DNA of 64,000 nucleotides from Flaccisagitta enflata (lineage: Eukaryota): positions 13,082,001 to 13,146,000 of the forward strand of contig OZ231126.1 in NCBI GenBank assembly GCA_965153355.1. The letters run 5' to 3'. The position numbers and the translations under genes were made by a program. The notes under the pieces are model-generated. The model searched no databases and was not told the DNA's origin. It saw nothing but the letters and a program-made list of their open reading frames with translations. Shown one piece after another: positions 40,335-54,607 of this stretch (positions are counted from its first letter, which is position 1; each line of letters opens with the position of its first letter).

Positions 40335-43300
40335 CTAGAAACGAATATTTAAAAGAGCCATAGCATTGGGGTGGTGTAGGCTGACAAAATATCCCCCCAC
40401 GCAAAGGATGGAGGCGCTATCTTCATCGGGAACATGGATGGCTGTATGATAAAATAGTCCTCCATTTTCACAGACTGCGGCAGGAAGAGGCGTTTCCTCT
40501 CTCCATTTTGTGTCTTTGACATCAAATATCATGACTTTGTTTGAACCGCCTTGCTTCGTTTGACCACCGATGAGAACCAATTCTCTCTCAGAAATTTTGG
40601 TGAGCGTGTGTGCACATATTCCTTCATGGAATCCTGTGTTGGCGATTTCCGTCCACTGCATCGTTCGCAAGTTCAAAGCGTGGAAGTCGTTGAATTGTTG
40701 TCCCGCACAATAACCACCATGAAAGTCGTTGAACCATCCACCATGAATGAAAACATTTTCTCCGATAAGCATGCAGCCAAAAGCATAACGAGGTTTTGGC
40801 GCGGCGCCGGTGGTGTGGACAAGAGTGTACGTATTGGTTGCTAGATCGAAGTGGTGTAGATCATTGCTGTAAAATAGTTCGTAGGTTTTGTTTTTGTTCC
40901 AGGCAACCAAGTCTTTTTTCGTTTCTTCGTCAGTTTCTTTTTTGACGCCAGCGAAGAAGTAAATTTTATGATTGAACAACCAGGTGCCTTGAAAGAACCT
41001 TGGAGCTGGAACATCGCCAATTGGATGAATCCTTTCAAATTTGCCATCAATGGTAAGTGTTGAGAAGGCGTTGGTGACAGAGACAGGGTTGCACTGGACA
41101 CCGCCCATCATATGGACGCTGTTGGCATAAACGGTAGAACCAACGTAAGTGCCAGCTGGATGTATTTCACCCGATACCCTCACTACTTTCCATACACCGA
41201 CGGGCGTCGATGGCAGTGGCAGTTGGTATGTGTAAATGATGTCTCTGGGGAGAGCCTCGCGTCGTCCACTAGTGACCTGATGACCACCCCAGAAGAGGAT
41301 TTGCCCATCCAAAACGGCACTGACAAATCCCATTCCGACAGGGATACGGGTTGCTGACTTCCATTCTCTTTGCGGAATTGGTGGCAACGGAATTGGCGCG
41401 CATTCGACGGAGGATATGACTGGCTCTGCAGAGAAAGGTTTCGTGAACAGCAAATTGTTAAATCGTCCGCGGTTGTCAGTGAAAGAAATGGAAGCGGCCA
41501 GGAATCTCGATGGAGAAAATCTCAATTTTAAGGGTTATGAAAAAAAAAATGGACCAAAATAATTCTTGAAAATGTAAGCCATAAGAACCCGTAATTCATT
41601 TGATCGTAAAAATTTCTCATATTTCTTTTTTTTTTTTTTTTTTCTATTGGCCTTTAAGGGCATAGACTGTTTCGGAGTGGTTTGAGTTTTTTACATGTCA
41701 TCAGTGATAAATTACCGTCTAATGAATGTAAACGATATCCATCTTCAGCAGTAAATCTTGCAGGATTGGGATACCCTTTGGTAGATAATTGAAGCCATAA
41801 ATGTGCGACAAAATGTTGGCAATTTGAGTTGGCAACGTGATATGGCTCCATCAGCTGACTCAATTTGCGCCCGTTAGGTCCTTTGTTTGAAACAGAAAGT
41901 GAAGATTTTCATGGGTTCGAATTCTAGAAAAACGGGAATCAGCTAAAAGAGGCTGCCTTAATGTTAAATGCCTTAGTGATAAAAATTTAAGTTCAGCAGC
42001 TTTATACATAGTATAAAAAAGTGTACCAGTAATGACGGCTATCACCGTGAGGAAAAAAGTTATAAGCATTGGTCACTTTTCACCAAGCTTTTATCTTCAG
42101 TCACTGCAAATTATTTTATTTGTTAATTCAAATCAAGAGCAATTGTATGTATTGATTGTACTGGAAATCAGAAAAAAGATAGGACCGAGCCAAATGAGTG
42201 AGATAAGCTAAAATGCTCAAAATCACTCAACCAGACAACCAGCTATGATCACTGATATGCTTTGTTGTATTTGCATGCTCACACGCACTTTTGAATGGTT
42301 GATTAAGCCATTGAAAATTGAAAAAACTAACTAAAATCTTAGACCATTTTGAAGCCCTTGAAAAACTCTTTCATTTGGCGCCAATCTGGTATCTCTATCT
42401 TTTTTCGTTTGGAAATGGCATTAGTTTGAGTAAAAATGTTGCCAAATTTGTTTTTGCAGTCCCTTTGAAAAGGTGCAAATTCAGCAAATGGTGTCTCCTT
42501 TCTCTGAAGCTCTAAACCGTTAAAGATACAGATCTGGGATTGGTCACAAATGAAAGATGATTTGAAAATCTTCAAAATCACTCTCTCTGTAAAATTTTTG
42601 TAATACTTTTTAAGTCAGTTTTATCATCAAATAAAAAGAGTACGTCTTTTTAATTTGCGATAGACTACTGGCAGTCAATGGGTGAAACATTTGTATTTTA
42701 AAATCAGAATAAAAGACTGAGCTAAATAAACTAGAATACTCAAAAACACCCACAGAGATGAGCAGCTATGCTCACTTATTTGCTTTCTTGAATTTGCTTG
42801 ATTAAACATGTATCAAAATATTTATTCAATTATCGCATTTGAAATCAGATAAAAAAAAAATGAGCTAAATGAGCTAGAACACTCAAAAACACCCTCACAG
42901 ATGAGCATCTATGCTCAGAAACATGTTTTCTCTTATTTGCATGCCAAAAAAAAAAACCCATGAATACACTCCTTTATTGATACTACACAAAATCATAAAA
43001 AATTGAAAAAAAAATCAATTAAAATTTTTTCCTAAACAAATCTTTAAAAATTCATAACTCAGAAGCATTTGTCATAGAATATTCTGCCTGGCGCCAAATG
43101 AAAGAGAATTATCAAATTTACTTACGCTATCAATTTCATTAGAGGGCTCATTCAGCCGGATGAGATTGTCAACGTTCCCATAAGAAAATAATAACCATGT
43201 TTCTCTGGAATATGTCAAAAAGTCGAAGACTGACTTCGACTTTTTTGCCGACAAATGAAAACCTTATTAGATCTACTTCATCGAGAAATATCTACATGCT

Positions 43301-43834
43301 GCGTCATTCACTAACTCCACTTGGAAAAACAGACTCAAAGTTTCACTTTCCCTCTCTACCTTTGTCATTCAACCAGGAGAGTAAGTCCAGAACCGTCGCA
43401 TCTTTCGGATAAAGCTCTGTGACAATTCGCTCCAATGATTTGAGCTTGTCTCGTTCTTTTCCGTTTCTTTGATGACGAATAATTGGTTTTTCTTCAGGGT
43501 TGCTTCTGCGGCACGACTGAAGAAGGATGCATTCTTGCCCCTTCTCGAGCGTGAAATATTCCCCCGACTTGGCTTCCATTTCGACGATGTGGTGTGACAA
43601 GGCATGGTCAGTCGCCTTGAACGGAACGAAAGCTTTAACGGGAAGGTCGATCTTGAAAGCGCTCACTTTGGTTATCTTCGAGCGAAGAGGCGAGTTGGTT
43701 GGCGCGGCGAAGATGCCGGTGTTTACATTCAGGACGTGAGAGAGATCGGAAAAGAATTCGTATCTAGCGTGAACTTCAGTGCCTTCATATTGGACGTAAA
43801 GGAGCTTTGACTGCCATAATCCACCAGTTGCCAT
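40335..43834 (-). CDS. 576-aa protein: N-terminal putative permuted papain-like (PPPDE/LRAT-like, His...NCQHF) domain fused to a 6-bladed Kelch beta-propeller. Exons (-): 43834-43360, 41880-41716, 41425-40335
   Basis: Two phase-1 introns: AAAG|gtagag...tttctgtttcaaacaaag| and GACG|gtaatt...ttctctgcag|. Spliced length is 1731 nt with no internal stop. Kelch blades: QILFWGG, VHMMGG, IYFFAG, VFIHGG, LVLIGG, ILCVGG, plus PAPR/PKPR motifs. N-terminal part has SHHIVE, FTLEK and YHVANSNCQHF. The Kelch exon is well supported; the joining of the exons is inferred. Confidence 0.8.
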
Positions 43835-44379
43835 AATTGGTACTGTTAGATGCTGTAACCCACAGTCAGGAAAACGATTTTGTCAATGATAGTTTACGTA
43901 ATAGATTTTCAGATCGACCCAGACTGCTGCATAGTTTGATGAGGCACGCCGAAAAAACGGGTTCACGGAGTGGAAGATCCGCTTCCTGGGCGCTTGTATT
44001 TCTGGTTTTTATTCGCAGCCTACCGGAATGCCAGCCGTTGAACAAATAAAAGACATATTGTATAGGTTCATGGATTAATTTCGAGATTTCTTTTGAATCA
44101 GTTGATAGAGGAAGTTGAGATTCCTTTTTGCCACCGTGATAAAAGATATTCCCAATTTACGTGTAAATTGGCTCCTCATTGTGTTAAAATGTGATTTCAG
44201 GACATGTGCCCATAATGAAGTAATCCCATCGTGTTCAGTTTCCTCGGAATTTACGTGCCAAGGGCCCAAGGGTGTATAAAGTTTAGTGGCTTTTGATTTC
44301 CCCATCCAAACCCGTTGATACATAATTTAATGTCCCCCCAACGGAGGAGGGGGTGGAATACTCAAATTTTTATGCACCT

Positions 44380-44750
44380 GCATTGACTCCGTCAACTCAC
44401 CTTTAAAGACTTTAAGCACTGTGCAGGCTTGTGAAAACTCAGTTCAATCCCTTTGCGCACTTCACTACATTGACTCACCTTTCAGCATTGTGTAGGCATG
44501 GAGCATTTTAGAATCTAATCAACTCATCTATGAGCACCGTACAAGCGTGTTATGATTCAATTAACTCATCTTTGAGCACTGAGCATGCGTAAAAGTTGAC
44601 TCACATTCAGCACTGTGTACGTAGGTGATTTATGACTCAGTTAACTCATCTTTGAGCATTATATAGGCGTATCGTATCCCAACTGAGTCAGTTAAACTGA
44701 CTACCTTTTCACCATTGTGTAGACGTGTTTTGACTCAATTGACTCACCTT
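44380..44750. repeat. Degenerate tandem repeat, units of roughly 40-55 bp
   Basis: Recurrent tgactcagttaactcatctttgagcactgtg variants. Confidence 0.65.
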
Positions 44751-45168
44751 TTCGACGTCTTTCTTGGTAGATGGCGTTCCAATCGTGCCAATCGATTTTC
44801 TGCGAGAGACAAAAGAAAACGAGGAGACAAAATTGATTCACACGTTGATTTTTATGTGGCCCGATGGTTTGTCTACGACTATAAGAGGTCGTGCCCGTCC
44901 GTGAGTCTGACGTGGATATTGGCTAACAACAACGAAAACATTACCGACCGCAACAACAGCAACAACACCAACAACACCAACAACAACAACAACAACCACC
45001 ACCACCACCACCACCGCCACCACCGACCACCACCACCACACCACCACCACCACCATCACCACCACCACCACCACCACCCACCCACCACCCACCACCTACC
45101 ACCACACCACCACCACATATGTAACTATGAAAATATCCAACGACATCCTTAACAACAACCCTTAAAAT

Positions 45169-45252
<84 letters not shown>

Positions 45253-45726
45253 CTCTCTCTCTGTGTCTCTGTTTCTCTAGCACTATCTTACATTGACTAG
45301 ATCATTGCTAACGCTAGCGAGCTTGTTATTGAAACCGACTAAAATAAGCTGTTACAGAGGAGACTGAGTGAAGAAACTCGTCACTCTCCGTATTCAGTTT
45401 TTCGTGATTCCCAAACCTGGCTGGATATCTAATCAAGTCTCATTAGTGACGCAAGATGGCGTATCAGGAAGATGAGGAAGGACTCTTGAATGACATTCTG
45501 GAGGGAAAAGACGGGCAGCGGGTTCAAGTCAAGTCCGAAGGCGAAGGTCTGACTCGACAGGGCTAAATCCATGCGTACAATTCACCAAGCATATCTATAC
45601 GAGAGGCTCTTTCATTCGTCAGTCCATCGTCAGTCCATCGTCTGTCAGTCCATCAGCAGTGTGTTAGCGCAATGATCGATTAAGAATATTCAAACTTAGA
45701 TTCTAGCATATTCACACGAGTATAAA

Positions 45727-46076
45727 CGACGCTGACACCTGCAATGGGGTCCCGGAACAATATCGTATCGATTCTTTTTAATGTCAAAAGAGATGTTGAG
45801 CATCGAATCGTTGTAAAAACTTTTACTTTCCAATTGTTTTTTTTTAGTAGACACATTTTGGTTCAATTGAATGTGACCCTTTGATGAGACCGTACGACGC
45901 TGACACCTGCAATGGGGTCCCGGAACAATATCGTATCGATTCTTTTTAATGTCAAAAGAGATGTTGAGCATCGAATCGTTGTAAAAACTTTTACTTTCCA
46001 ATTGTTTACTTTCCAGTTGTTTTTTTTTAGTAGACACATTTTGGTTCAATTGAACGTGACCCTTTGATGAGACCGT
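45727..46076. repeat. Near-perfect tandem duplication of about 168 bp
   Basis: acgacgctgacacctgcaatggggtcccgg...gaccctttgatgagaccgt occurs twice; the second copy has a 15-bp internal duplication. Confidence 0.92.
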
Positions 46077-46852
46077 TATCCACATCTCCGATCCAATCCA
46101 CCTGGCACTCAGCTCGTCTGTCTGCCGTTCTGTCCCTCTCTCTGTTCGTTTCTTCATCTTTCTGGCTATTTGACTGTCTGTCTGTCTGTCTGTTTTTCCG
46201 CCCGTCCAGTCTAATCCGTCGGTGCATCATTAAAGACAGCTTAAATGTTACCGTTAAGAACAGCTTCTTTTCCATCCCCCCCCCCCCAAAGATAAGACGT
46301 TTACGAAGTGGGAAATCAACGTAGATGTTTTCATGAGACCGGATCAAGCTGTTCATCTTCGTCGCCGAGGAAGATTCGAAGCGTTCAAAGAAACGCTCAA
46401 AGGTGAAAACCCTTTCTGCACCTCTTTGTTTTTTAGAAATGCCCGCCAGAGCGAAGCTTTGATTTAAGCAAATTCGTTCTAAGAAAATAGATAAAAGAAA
46501 CCCCTAATTGACCCAACCGTAACTACACGCCTACTTCAGTCAGGTGTGTCAAAATGCAATAGGTCTTCTGATCAGCGCATCATTATCGTTATGCCAACCA
46601 ATACATTCTGAATTCATTCAAAAAAGAAGTATCGTCGGAGCGACTCGGGTATCAACGCGAACGTCACAGCAGCACCGTTGGCGCCGCCACTTCCAGTGTC
46701 GCCAACCGACATGACGCCGACTATCGATTTGTTTGATGTGAACGTTTGGGCAGTCAGATTCTTCGTGTACCAATTTCATAGTTACCTGAAGTGGTTCATG
46801 AACACGTAAGAGACAAGAAGCAGGAGAAAAAGTGAGATGGAAAACAAGAAAA

Positions 46853-46884
<32 letters not shown>

Positions 46885-49636
46885 GAGAAAGAAAGTCTTT
46901 CCCATTCACCTCGTCCCCTCCTTCGACCATTCCATAAAAGAGAGAAAGAAAGTCTTTCCCATTCACCTCGTCCCCTCCTTCGACCATTCCACCATTCCAT
47001 TTATCTCGTCCCGTCCCTCCCATTTTCCTCGTCTCCATCCCTCCCATTTTCCTCATCCCCGTCCTTCCCATTTTCCTCATCCCCGTCCTACCCGTTTATC
47101 TCGTCCCATTCTTCCCATTTTTCTCGTCCCCGTCCCTCCCAATTACCTCGTCCCGTCCTTCCCATATATCATCTCCCGTCCCTCCCATTTTCTTCATCCC
47201 CGTCCTTCCCATTAACCTCGTCCCCAACCCTCCGCAACCCTCTCTGTTGTCTTCTTAATTCCGTTTCACCATGTAACATGTATCAGGCCACCTGTCCGAT
47301 TTGTGTCACTTGCGTTGGATTAACTCATCCCTACCCCTTTGACTCACTCTTTCCCTGGGACTAAACCTTACCCTGAAATCAACCTTCAAACACTCAAAAC
47401 CTAAGCTTGATTACTTATCAATGCCTGAACTGAAACTGAGAATTTGTTTTCATTGTTAACCCTTTGACATTTAAAACAAAATAAGGCCCCTTTTTCCTAT
47501 CCCCAAAGAAACCTATTTTTCGGAACAGATTGTTGAAGAGGAAGGTCAGAAACATTCCATTCCTTTAGGATGAATGAGATTTTTAACAGACAGTGTCTTA
47601 CTACCAGAACAAGACATGAAACAGAAAGATACTGGAGAACAGGACATCATCAAGAGTCAAGATTGATTAAAAAATACAAAAAATTCATATATGAAACATG
47701 GCTGACGATTTTGATCAGGAGAAGACTATATCTGCAATATGCAAATGATTTCATGGTTTTCTAAAGGTGTAGCCAATCTCCCTCTTGTCCTGTTGTTTTA
47801 CAATAACTTGCTTTCCAAAACCAAAAATGTTTGATTGTATGATACACTTCATCAAAAGATTCTGCCTACCGAGTTCTCTATCCGTTGACTAAAATTTTGG
47901 CTTAATCCAAATCAAGGCCATTTTTGTAAGAGGAGAACAAGATTTTTTCACTTTCCTAGGGTCAGATTCAATCTCATTTGCATATTGTAGAGTGCAATTG
48001 AACCTCACTGTCTGTATCTTTTAATCAAATAATCTTTTCTTATTACATCAAAAATGCAGTTGATTGAAATTACATGCACTATCTATTTGATCTATACTTT
48101 GTTCATGTCAGAAGATATGTTTTATGATGTAGGTTTGATAGTTTCATTCACAGTGATGTGAAAAGTATTGTATAAATGAAATCACCCAAGGCATAGTCAG
48201 CCGCTGGCTGCTCTTATCATTCATTGTCTCAATCACTGGGGCTCGCTGCAACTTAACCTGATGTCCTCAGTAATATCTTTGCCCCTCCTTTAAGACATCT
48301 TAACTAACCTGTCAATACACTTTTAACCTCATGAGCAACCTTGCCTGTTTCAAATGAGAACAATCTATTTGTCTTCCACCCGTTTTACCGACCTTTGATG
48401 CAGCTAAAACAGTAAACAAGGCCAAGTGGGCCAATAGGGTGCGCCATGTGGATCATCGAACAAATGCATTACCGACCAACAGACACACTACCTGACCAAC
48501 CAACTGACACAGCCAGTTATAAAGGTGCTTAGGGACACCTGAAAAGACTTAGAAGAGACAATCTCATTTGCATATTGCAGCTCTATAGTGACCTTGAAAA
48601 AAACTTCCTGAATGTTCTGCTTTTAAGGCATGGATGGGTCTCTTGTAGATCATTGGTTCATTAGTCTAACAATCAAGTCCATCTCTTGATATCTGCAACC
48701 CTTAAGAGTCATTCCATAATTGGTCCATTATCATTTTGGAATTTATTTTGCTCCTTACAGTCTAACAAAGCCCAAAAAGAAAGCAAACATTTTTCTTTTT
48801 GGAAACCTTAAATAATACTGTCATTTCTGGTAGAGTTTACTTAGTTCTTCCCTTTAGACAACCAAATAAACCAGTCTTCGCCTTTTACACCCATTAACTC
48901 ACAAGCAATCTGGCTAGTTGAATAAAGGGATAGAACAAGGAGATAGAGCACCGTTCATTTGCCTTCCAGCCCTTTACTAAACGCATTATGCAGCTAAAAT
49001 AGTACAAAACACTGAGAAGGGTCACTCAATCTCATTTGCATATTGCAGCTCTACAGTGACCTAAAAAAACATACTGAATGTCAATTTTTTTCAGGGGCCT
49101 GATCGGTCTCTAATATTTCTATAAGTCCAACCGTCAAGTCCATTTCTTGATATCTGCAAGTGAATGCATAATTGCTCTACTTCTTCACTTGATCACTCTG
49201 AGCAAGGCATCGGGTACTGCTGACCATGTGAAATCCAATGACTTGTTTCCACCTATTATGCAGCCAGAACAGTATGAAAAACTGAGATGGGACTTTGACA
49301 TTCTGATTTGCATATTGCAGCTCTATGGTGACCTTTAATAAACTGCCTAATGTTCTTTTTTTCTCAGGTGCATAGGTCTAACAGTCAAGTCCATTACTTG
49401 ATATCTACAAAGCCTTAAAGCCTTGACCACTATCATATTGGTATTCATTTTGCCCCTTACAATCTAACAAACACCTAAAAAACTCATTCACCTTTGGAAA
49501 ACATAGAAAGTTTGGCATTTTTGAAAAAGTGTTAGTTTAGCTTAGTTCTTCTCTCCAGTTACCCTTACAAGCCAATCTATGCACTTTACATCAGTGAGAA
49601 TCAAGGGGTAGAGAACTGTCTACTTGTTTACCACCC

Positions 49637-49771
49637 TTTTTAGTCGCTTGCACGCGACTCTGCAACCCGCTCTGTCCGTCTGTCGGTCCGTCGGTCGATC
49701 CGTCCATCACGCTTAGCTATTTTTGCCGCCCCTGCCCACCCGACTAAGGTAGCCGTGTATCCGGCCTTGTT
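49637..49771 (+). mobile_element. Short HINE-like element, family B
   Basis: ttttagtcgcttgcacgcgact...(GTCC/GTCG)n...gccgtgtatccggccttgtt. Confidence 0.65.
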
Positions 49772-52700
49772 TTCAACCTTTTTAGCAGCTTAAACAGTAT
49801 GAAACACTGAGGATGGACACTGTCAATCTTATTTGCATATTGCAGCTCTATAGTAACCTAAATCGGTATTTTGTAGATCATTAGTCCATTAGTCAAAGAG
49901 TCCAGTCCATTTCTTGGAATCTGCAATGCATTAGAGCAATACCATAATTTGACCACTATCGTATTTGAATTCATTTTGCCCTTAACAGTCTTAAAAAGAC
50001 CTAAAAATTCAAACATGGTTTTATATTTCATAAACTCTTGGCAAGAAAATGAAATATAAGTGGTAACCTTCCCCTTAGATCTGACCATACCCGTCACACT
50101 GATTGACTCACGAGTCAAGAGCAATCTGTTTGGGTTTTAAGAGACTTACAGGAGGTGATCCATCCAGTTGTCTTCCACCCTTGTTCTCAACTTTTTATGC
50201 AGCTTAAACCTTCAGTAGGGACACTGTCAATCTCATTTGCATATTGCAGCTCTTTAGTGACCTAATAAATACTTCCTGAATGTCAATTTTTGCAGGGGTA
50301 TTGATTGGTCTCCGGTAGATCATTGGTTGCAGGGGCATTGATTGGTCTCTGGTTGATCATTGGTATATTAGTCTAACTAATACACTAGTCCATCTCTTGA
50401 TTTTAGCAATGCCTAAGAGTCATTCCAAAGTTTTTTATCATTTTCATTTTGAAATTTGTTTTTCTATTAACAGCCTTACAGACACCAAAGAAAAAACTTC
50501 CGTCCTTGCTGACCTTCAATAATTATGACATGTAGTAAAAGCAATCTGGCAAATTGTATCTGAAAATTAGAGGGAGGGGGAGAGAACCATCCATTTGTCT
50601 CCTACCCCTTTTTTCAATGATTATGCGGCCAAAACAGTACAAAAGACTGAGAAGGGAAACTCAATCTTATTTGCATATTGCAGCTCTATAGTGACCTTAG
50701 TAAAACCTCCTGAATGTCATTCATCTCAGGTGCATAGGTCGGCCTATAGTAGATCATCAATCCATCAGTCTAGCAATCAAGTCCATTTATTGATATATGC
50801 AATGCCTTAGAGCCATTCCAGGATTTGATCAATGTCATATCGGAATTCATTTTGCTCCTTGCAGTAAAAGAAAACTATTAAAAAACTATATTATTCATTG
50901 AAAATCATAAAAGTCATTGAATATTCAACTCTCTATTGAGATTTATGTTCAACCATGGACTTTTCTTACAGGTCGGTCAGTTCCCAATGCACCTATTCAT
51001 ACCTATAATGCAGCTAAAACAGACACTCAATTTAATTTGCATATTGCAGCTCTATTGTGACCTTAAAAACTGCCTGAATGAGATTTTTTTCAGATGCAAT
51101 GATTGTTCTTTTGTAGATCATTGTCCATGAGTCTAATAGTCATGTCCATCTGTTTATTACTGCAATGCCTTGGAGCCATACCATAATTTGACAACTATCA
51201 TATTGGAATCCATATTGCTCCTTACAATCTAAGAAAATCTTTTCATTGCTCTCCTTGACAAATTTTGACATCATATCCAGATGTTCTGTTTTTATTAAAT
51301 TTCAGACACCGTTACAAACTAGTAACCATTGACTCTTGATCAACCTGGCTGGTTTCAAAGGAGTACCAATGGACATAAAACCATCCACGTGTCTTCTACC
51401 ATTTTTTTCTACCTCTTATGCAGCTAAAACAGTACAAATGACTGAGAAGGGACACTGCCAATCTCATTTGCATATTGCAGCTTTACGGTGACCTTAGAAA
51501 AACTTCCCGAAAGTCTTTTTTTCAGGTTCAGGTTTTCAGGTCTCTAGTACATCATTGGTGGATTAGTCTAATAGTCAAGTCCATGTCAGTTTATCTGCAA
51601 TGACTAAAGAATCATTTCATGATTGGACCAGTCTTATTGGAATTCATTTTCCTCCTAACAGTCTTATAAATGCCCAAAAAATGGCGGCCACTTTTGCCAA
51701 TATTAAGAAATAGTAGCACTCACTGAATGATAAACTTTGTTCCTTGGAGGTACTTCCTCCTGTCAGAGAACCTCAGAAACCAATCTACGCCTTCTACACC
51801 TTTTGACTCACTAGCAATCTTGCCAGTTATTAGTGCGCAATAAGAGATGCTTTTGTCTTCCACCCTTTTTTTCAACCTATCACACAGCTTTAACAGTATG
51901 AAAGACTGAGAAGGGACACTGTCAATCTTATTTGCATATTGCCGCGCTATAGTGACCAAAACAAATTTCCTGAATGTCTTTTTTTTTAGGTGCAGTGAAT
52001 TAGGCGTTTGTAGATCATTGGTCCATCACCCTCGGTTATCAGTGGAAATACAATGGAGAACTCCACAAATGCGGTTGTTAATTTCTGGTCTTAGGGTCAA
52101 ATCAGAGTTCCATGAACACAATTTGAGTTTTCCTTCACAAGATCAAAAATAGCAATTCAGAGTTAATGCAATGTATGAACGCACCAGCAGACAGACCGAC
52201 AAATGTAATGACAAACTATTAAAAAAAAACACTCCTAAAAAGTTGTAAAAATGCTATTCAGAGCAAGATTGGGTTTCGCATTGCGCCTTGTTATGTTATA
52301 AAATGCTTGATTTCTGGAAGCGATATAACCTCACAGACACAGAAGCATTTCATGACGTTTTGTCTTCAAAAAAGCTGCCAGAGATAAATTCTGCTTAAAG
52401 AAGGAACTCGTAACCAAAAAACTATCAAATAAGATAAAAAGACAACCGCATGGATGGAGTTTTTGCTGTACTTTATTCTATTTCCAATAAAAAGCCAAAT
52501 TGAGGAGCGTGCCATAAGTCTAACAGTCAAGTTCATTTACTGTTATCTCATGATTCTGCTAGCCTTCAATAATTATGGTATTAAAAAGAATATGTCATGT
52601 TAATGATGTTCTTCCAATCAAAAACTTTTATTAACGAGTTGATACCCTTGACTCCCATTGATTCACAAGAAATTTGGCTGGCATTGAATAAAACGTGAGA

Positions 52701-54607
52701 GAGGACTATCCATTGGGCTTTCACTCCATTTTTCAACATAATTTGCAGCTCAAACAGTATGAAAGATTTAGAAGGGTCACTGTCAATCTCATTTGCATAT
52801 TGCAGCTTTACAGTGACCTACGAAAATATCCTGAATGTGTTTTTTTTCAGTTGCATGGGTCTCTCGTATATCTTTGGTCCATAAGTTCAACAGTGAAGTC
52901 CATCTTTTGATAACAGCAACGCCTTAGAACCACTCTATAACTTAACCACTATTTTGTGGGTATTGATTTGGCTTCTTAATGTCTTAAAAATGAGTATTGG
53001 TTTTAAATCCCAACATAAGTACATTTACCCTTACAAAATGACTTTGTCACATGATTGGAGGGCATCAATACTCAGAGTGATCATCAGATCATTCCATATA
53101 TTCTCCTCCAGTCAATGATGGTTGGGCAGGAAGGCAGAAAAGAACTAAAATTTCAAACCAATGTATCCGGCCTTCAAATCCCAGAGTTTTGAGTTAAGAG
53201 TTTTTTAGCTGTCTCTATTTCACTTCCACATCTATTTTGCATATTGTTGTCAGTTAATTAGCTCACTGTAATGAAAGTCCTTGAAATATTTATCTTTTTT
53301 TAAGAGGATAAATTTTTAGAAAATATTATTTTATACCTATTTATGGCAAGATGAAACGACAGCATATACTTGTCTTTGAGTTGAGGTAATTTTCAGCAAA
53401 TGATGAAATTTGTGTTGCTTGCCCAGGGTCTTTAATTCAAACAATATGATTTTTCCAATTTCACTCCTTTTACTGGTTGTTTCCATCAAAAGGGTGAAAA
53501 TTTACAGTCCAAATCAAAGAGTATTCAAAGTTAGAAGAGAATGATAAACTTCTAAAATAAAAAAAAAAACTGATGAATGATTTTTCCAATAAAAAAATTG
53601 AAAATTTGAAAATAAAGAGAACTTGTGTGTCTTGGAAGGGCTTGGCTATGCATCAGAAAAATTAAGTTAATAGGTTTTCTCTGGTTAAGCTTGGCTTGTC
53701 TTGGCTTGGCTTGGCCTGGCTTGGCTTGGCTTGGCTTGGCATAAGTAAGTCTGTGTGGCTTTTGGGGTCTAGCTTAGCTTCATCTGGACTGGCTTGACTT
53801 GGCATTGCTTGGCTTGGTTTATCTTTCCTTCCTCTGGCATTGAACCAAAGACTGAGACTAGTCTGAGACTAGACTGTTACAAGTTTGGTCTCTGAGATTT
53901 GAATTTCCAAAACATCTTCCTCCTCATCAATGAACTCCTCTCCAGCTGCTTCCCATCTCCTTCTAGTAGGAAGCCTTTTGTTTTCACATAGCAGTACTTC
54001 ATAAAATAGTTTACCCCAATATCACAGAGGCAGCACTTAGCAGGGATATGGCTCTTTTGTCCCGATTTTTGCTGAAAATTTACATAGGGAGGGTTGTTTA
54101 TTTTGATTTACTGGGATGTCAACAATAACGTCTGGCCAAAAAAAAATTGCAGGCTGAACCAGGATAGCTAGAGAGTCGCGGTTTTTTTTGTTGGAAAGAG
54201 GAAGGTCCAATTAACATTTGTGGAGATTTTCATAACTCTCCGATTATGTTTAGGTATGTAAACAAACAAACAAAGTTAACCAAATTTTTGAAGGTCCAAA
54301 ACTCTGTCAAGAAAAATATTTGAAATTATTCTTTTGATGTTTATTGCTCAAGAAGAGTCCCTGAAAGGATCATGATCAGTTTTCATGAAGAAAACAGTTT
54401 GTTTTATTGTTTATTTTGATTTTGAAAAATGTTGGAAAAAGTTGAAAATGTGTTCTTTTGTCTATCTTTTTTGATTTTTTTAAAATCCACCTGAGACCTG
54501 CCACATGTCCTTTTTTTTGGACATTTCCCCCTCAAAATTGATATTCTGACAAATGAACAACTTGTTTCTTGAGACTTTAGGATTCTGGACCACTTGTAGA
54601 GCTATCC

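Larger units (their letters stand above)
43935..46740 (+). pseudogene. Possible degraded multi-exon gene; exon-like pieces at 43935-44065, 44201-44271, 44771-44843, 45456-45546, about 46292-46402, 46576-46737
   Basis: Short GC-richer islands bounded by AG/GT. The first three join in phase (FDEARRKNGFTEWKIRFLGACISG...LYRTCAHNEV...GPKDGVPIVPIDFLRET). No start codon, no continuous ORF and no recognised family. Confidence 0.25.

Noticed and set aside
41426-41525. First 33 codons of the 396-aa Kelch ORF as the true N-terminus
   Set aside because: Starts at TTG and lies upstream of a good acceptor (ttctctgcag, AG at 41427-41426); better explained as intron.
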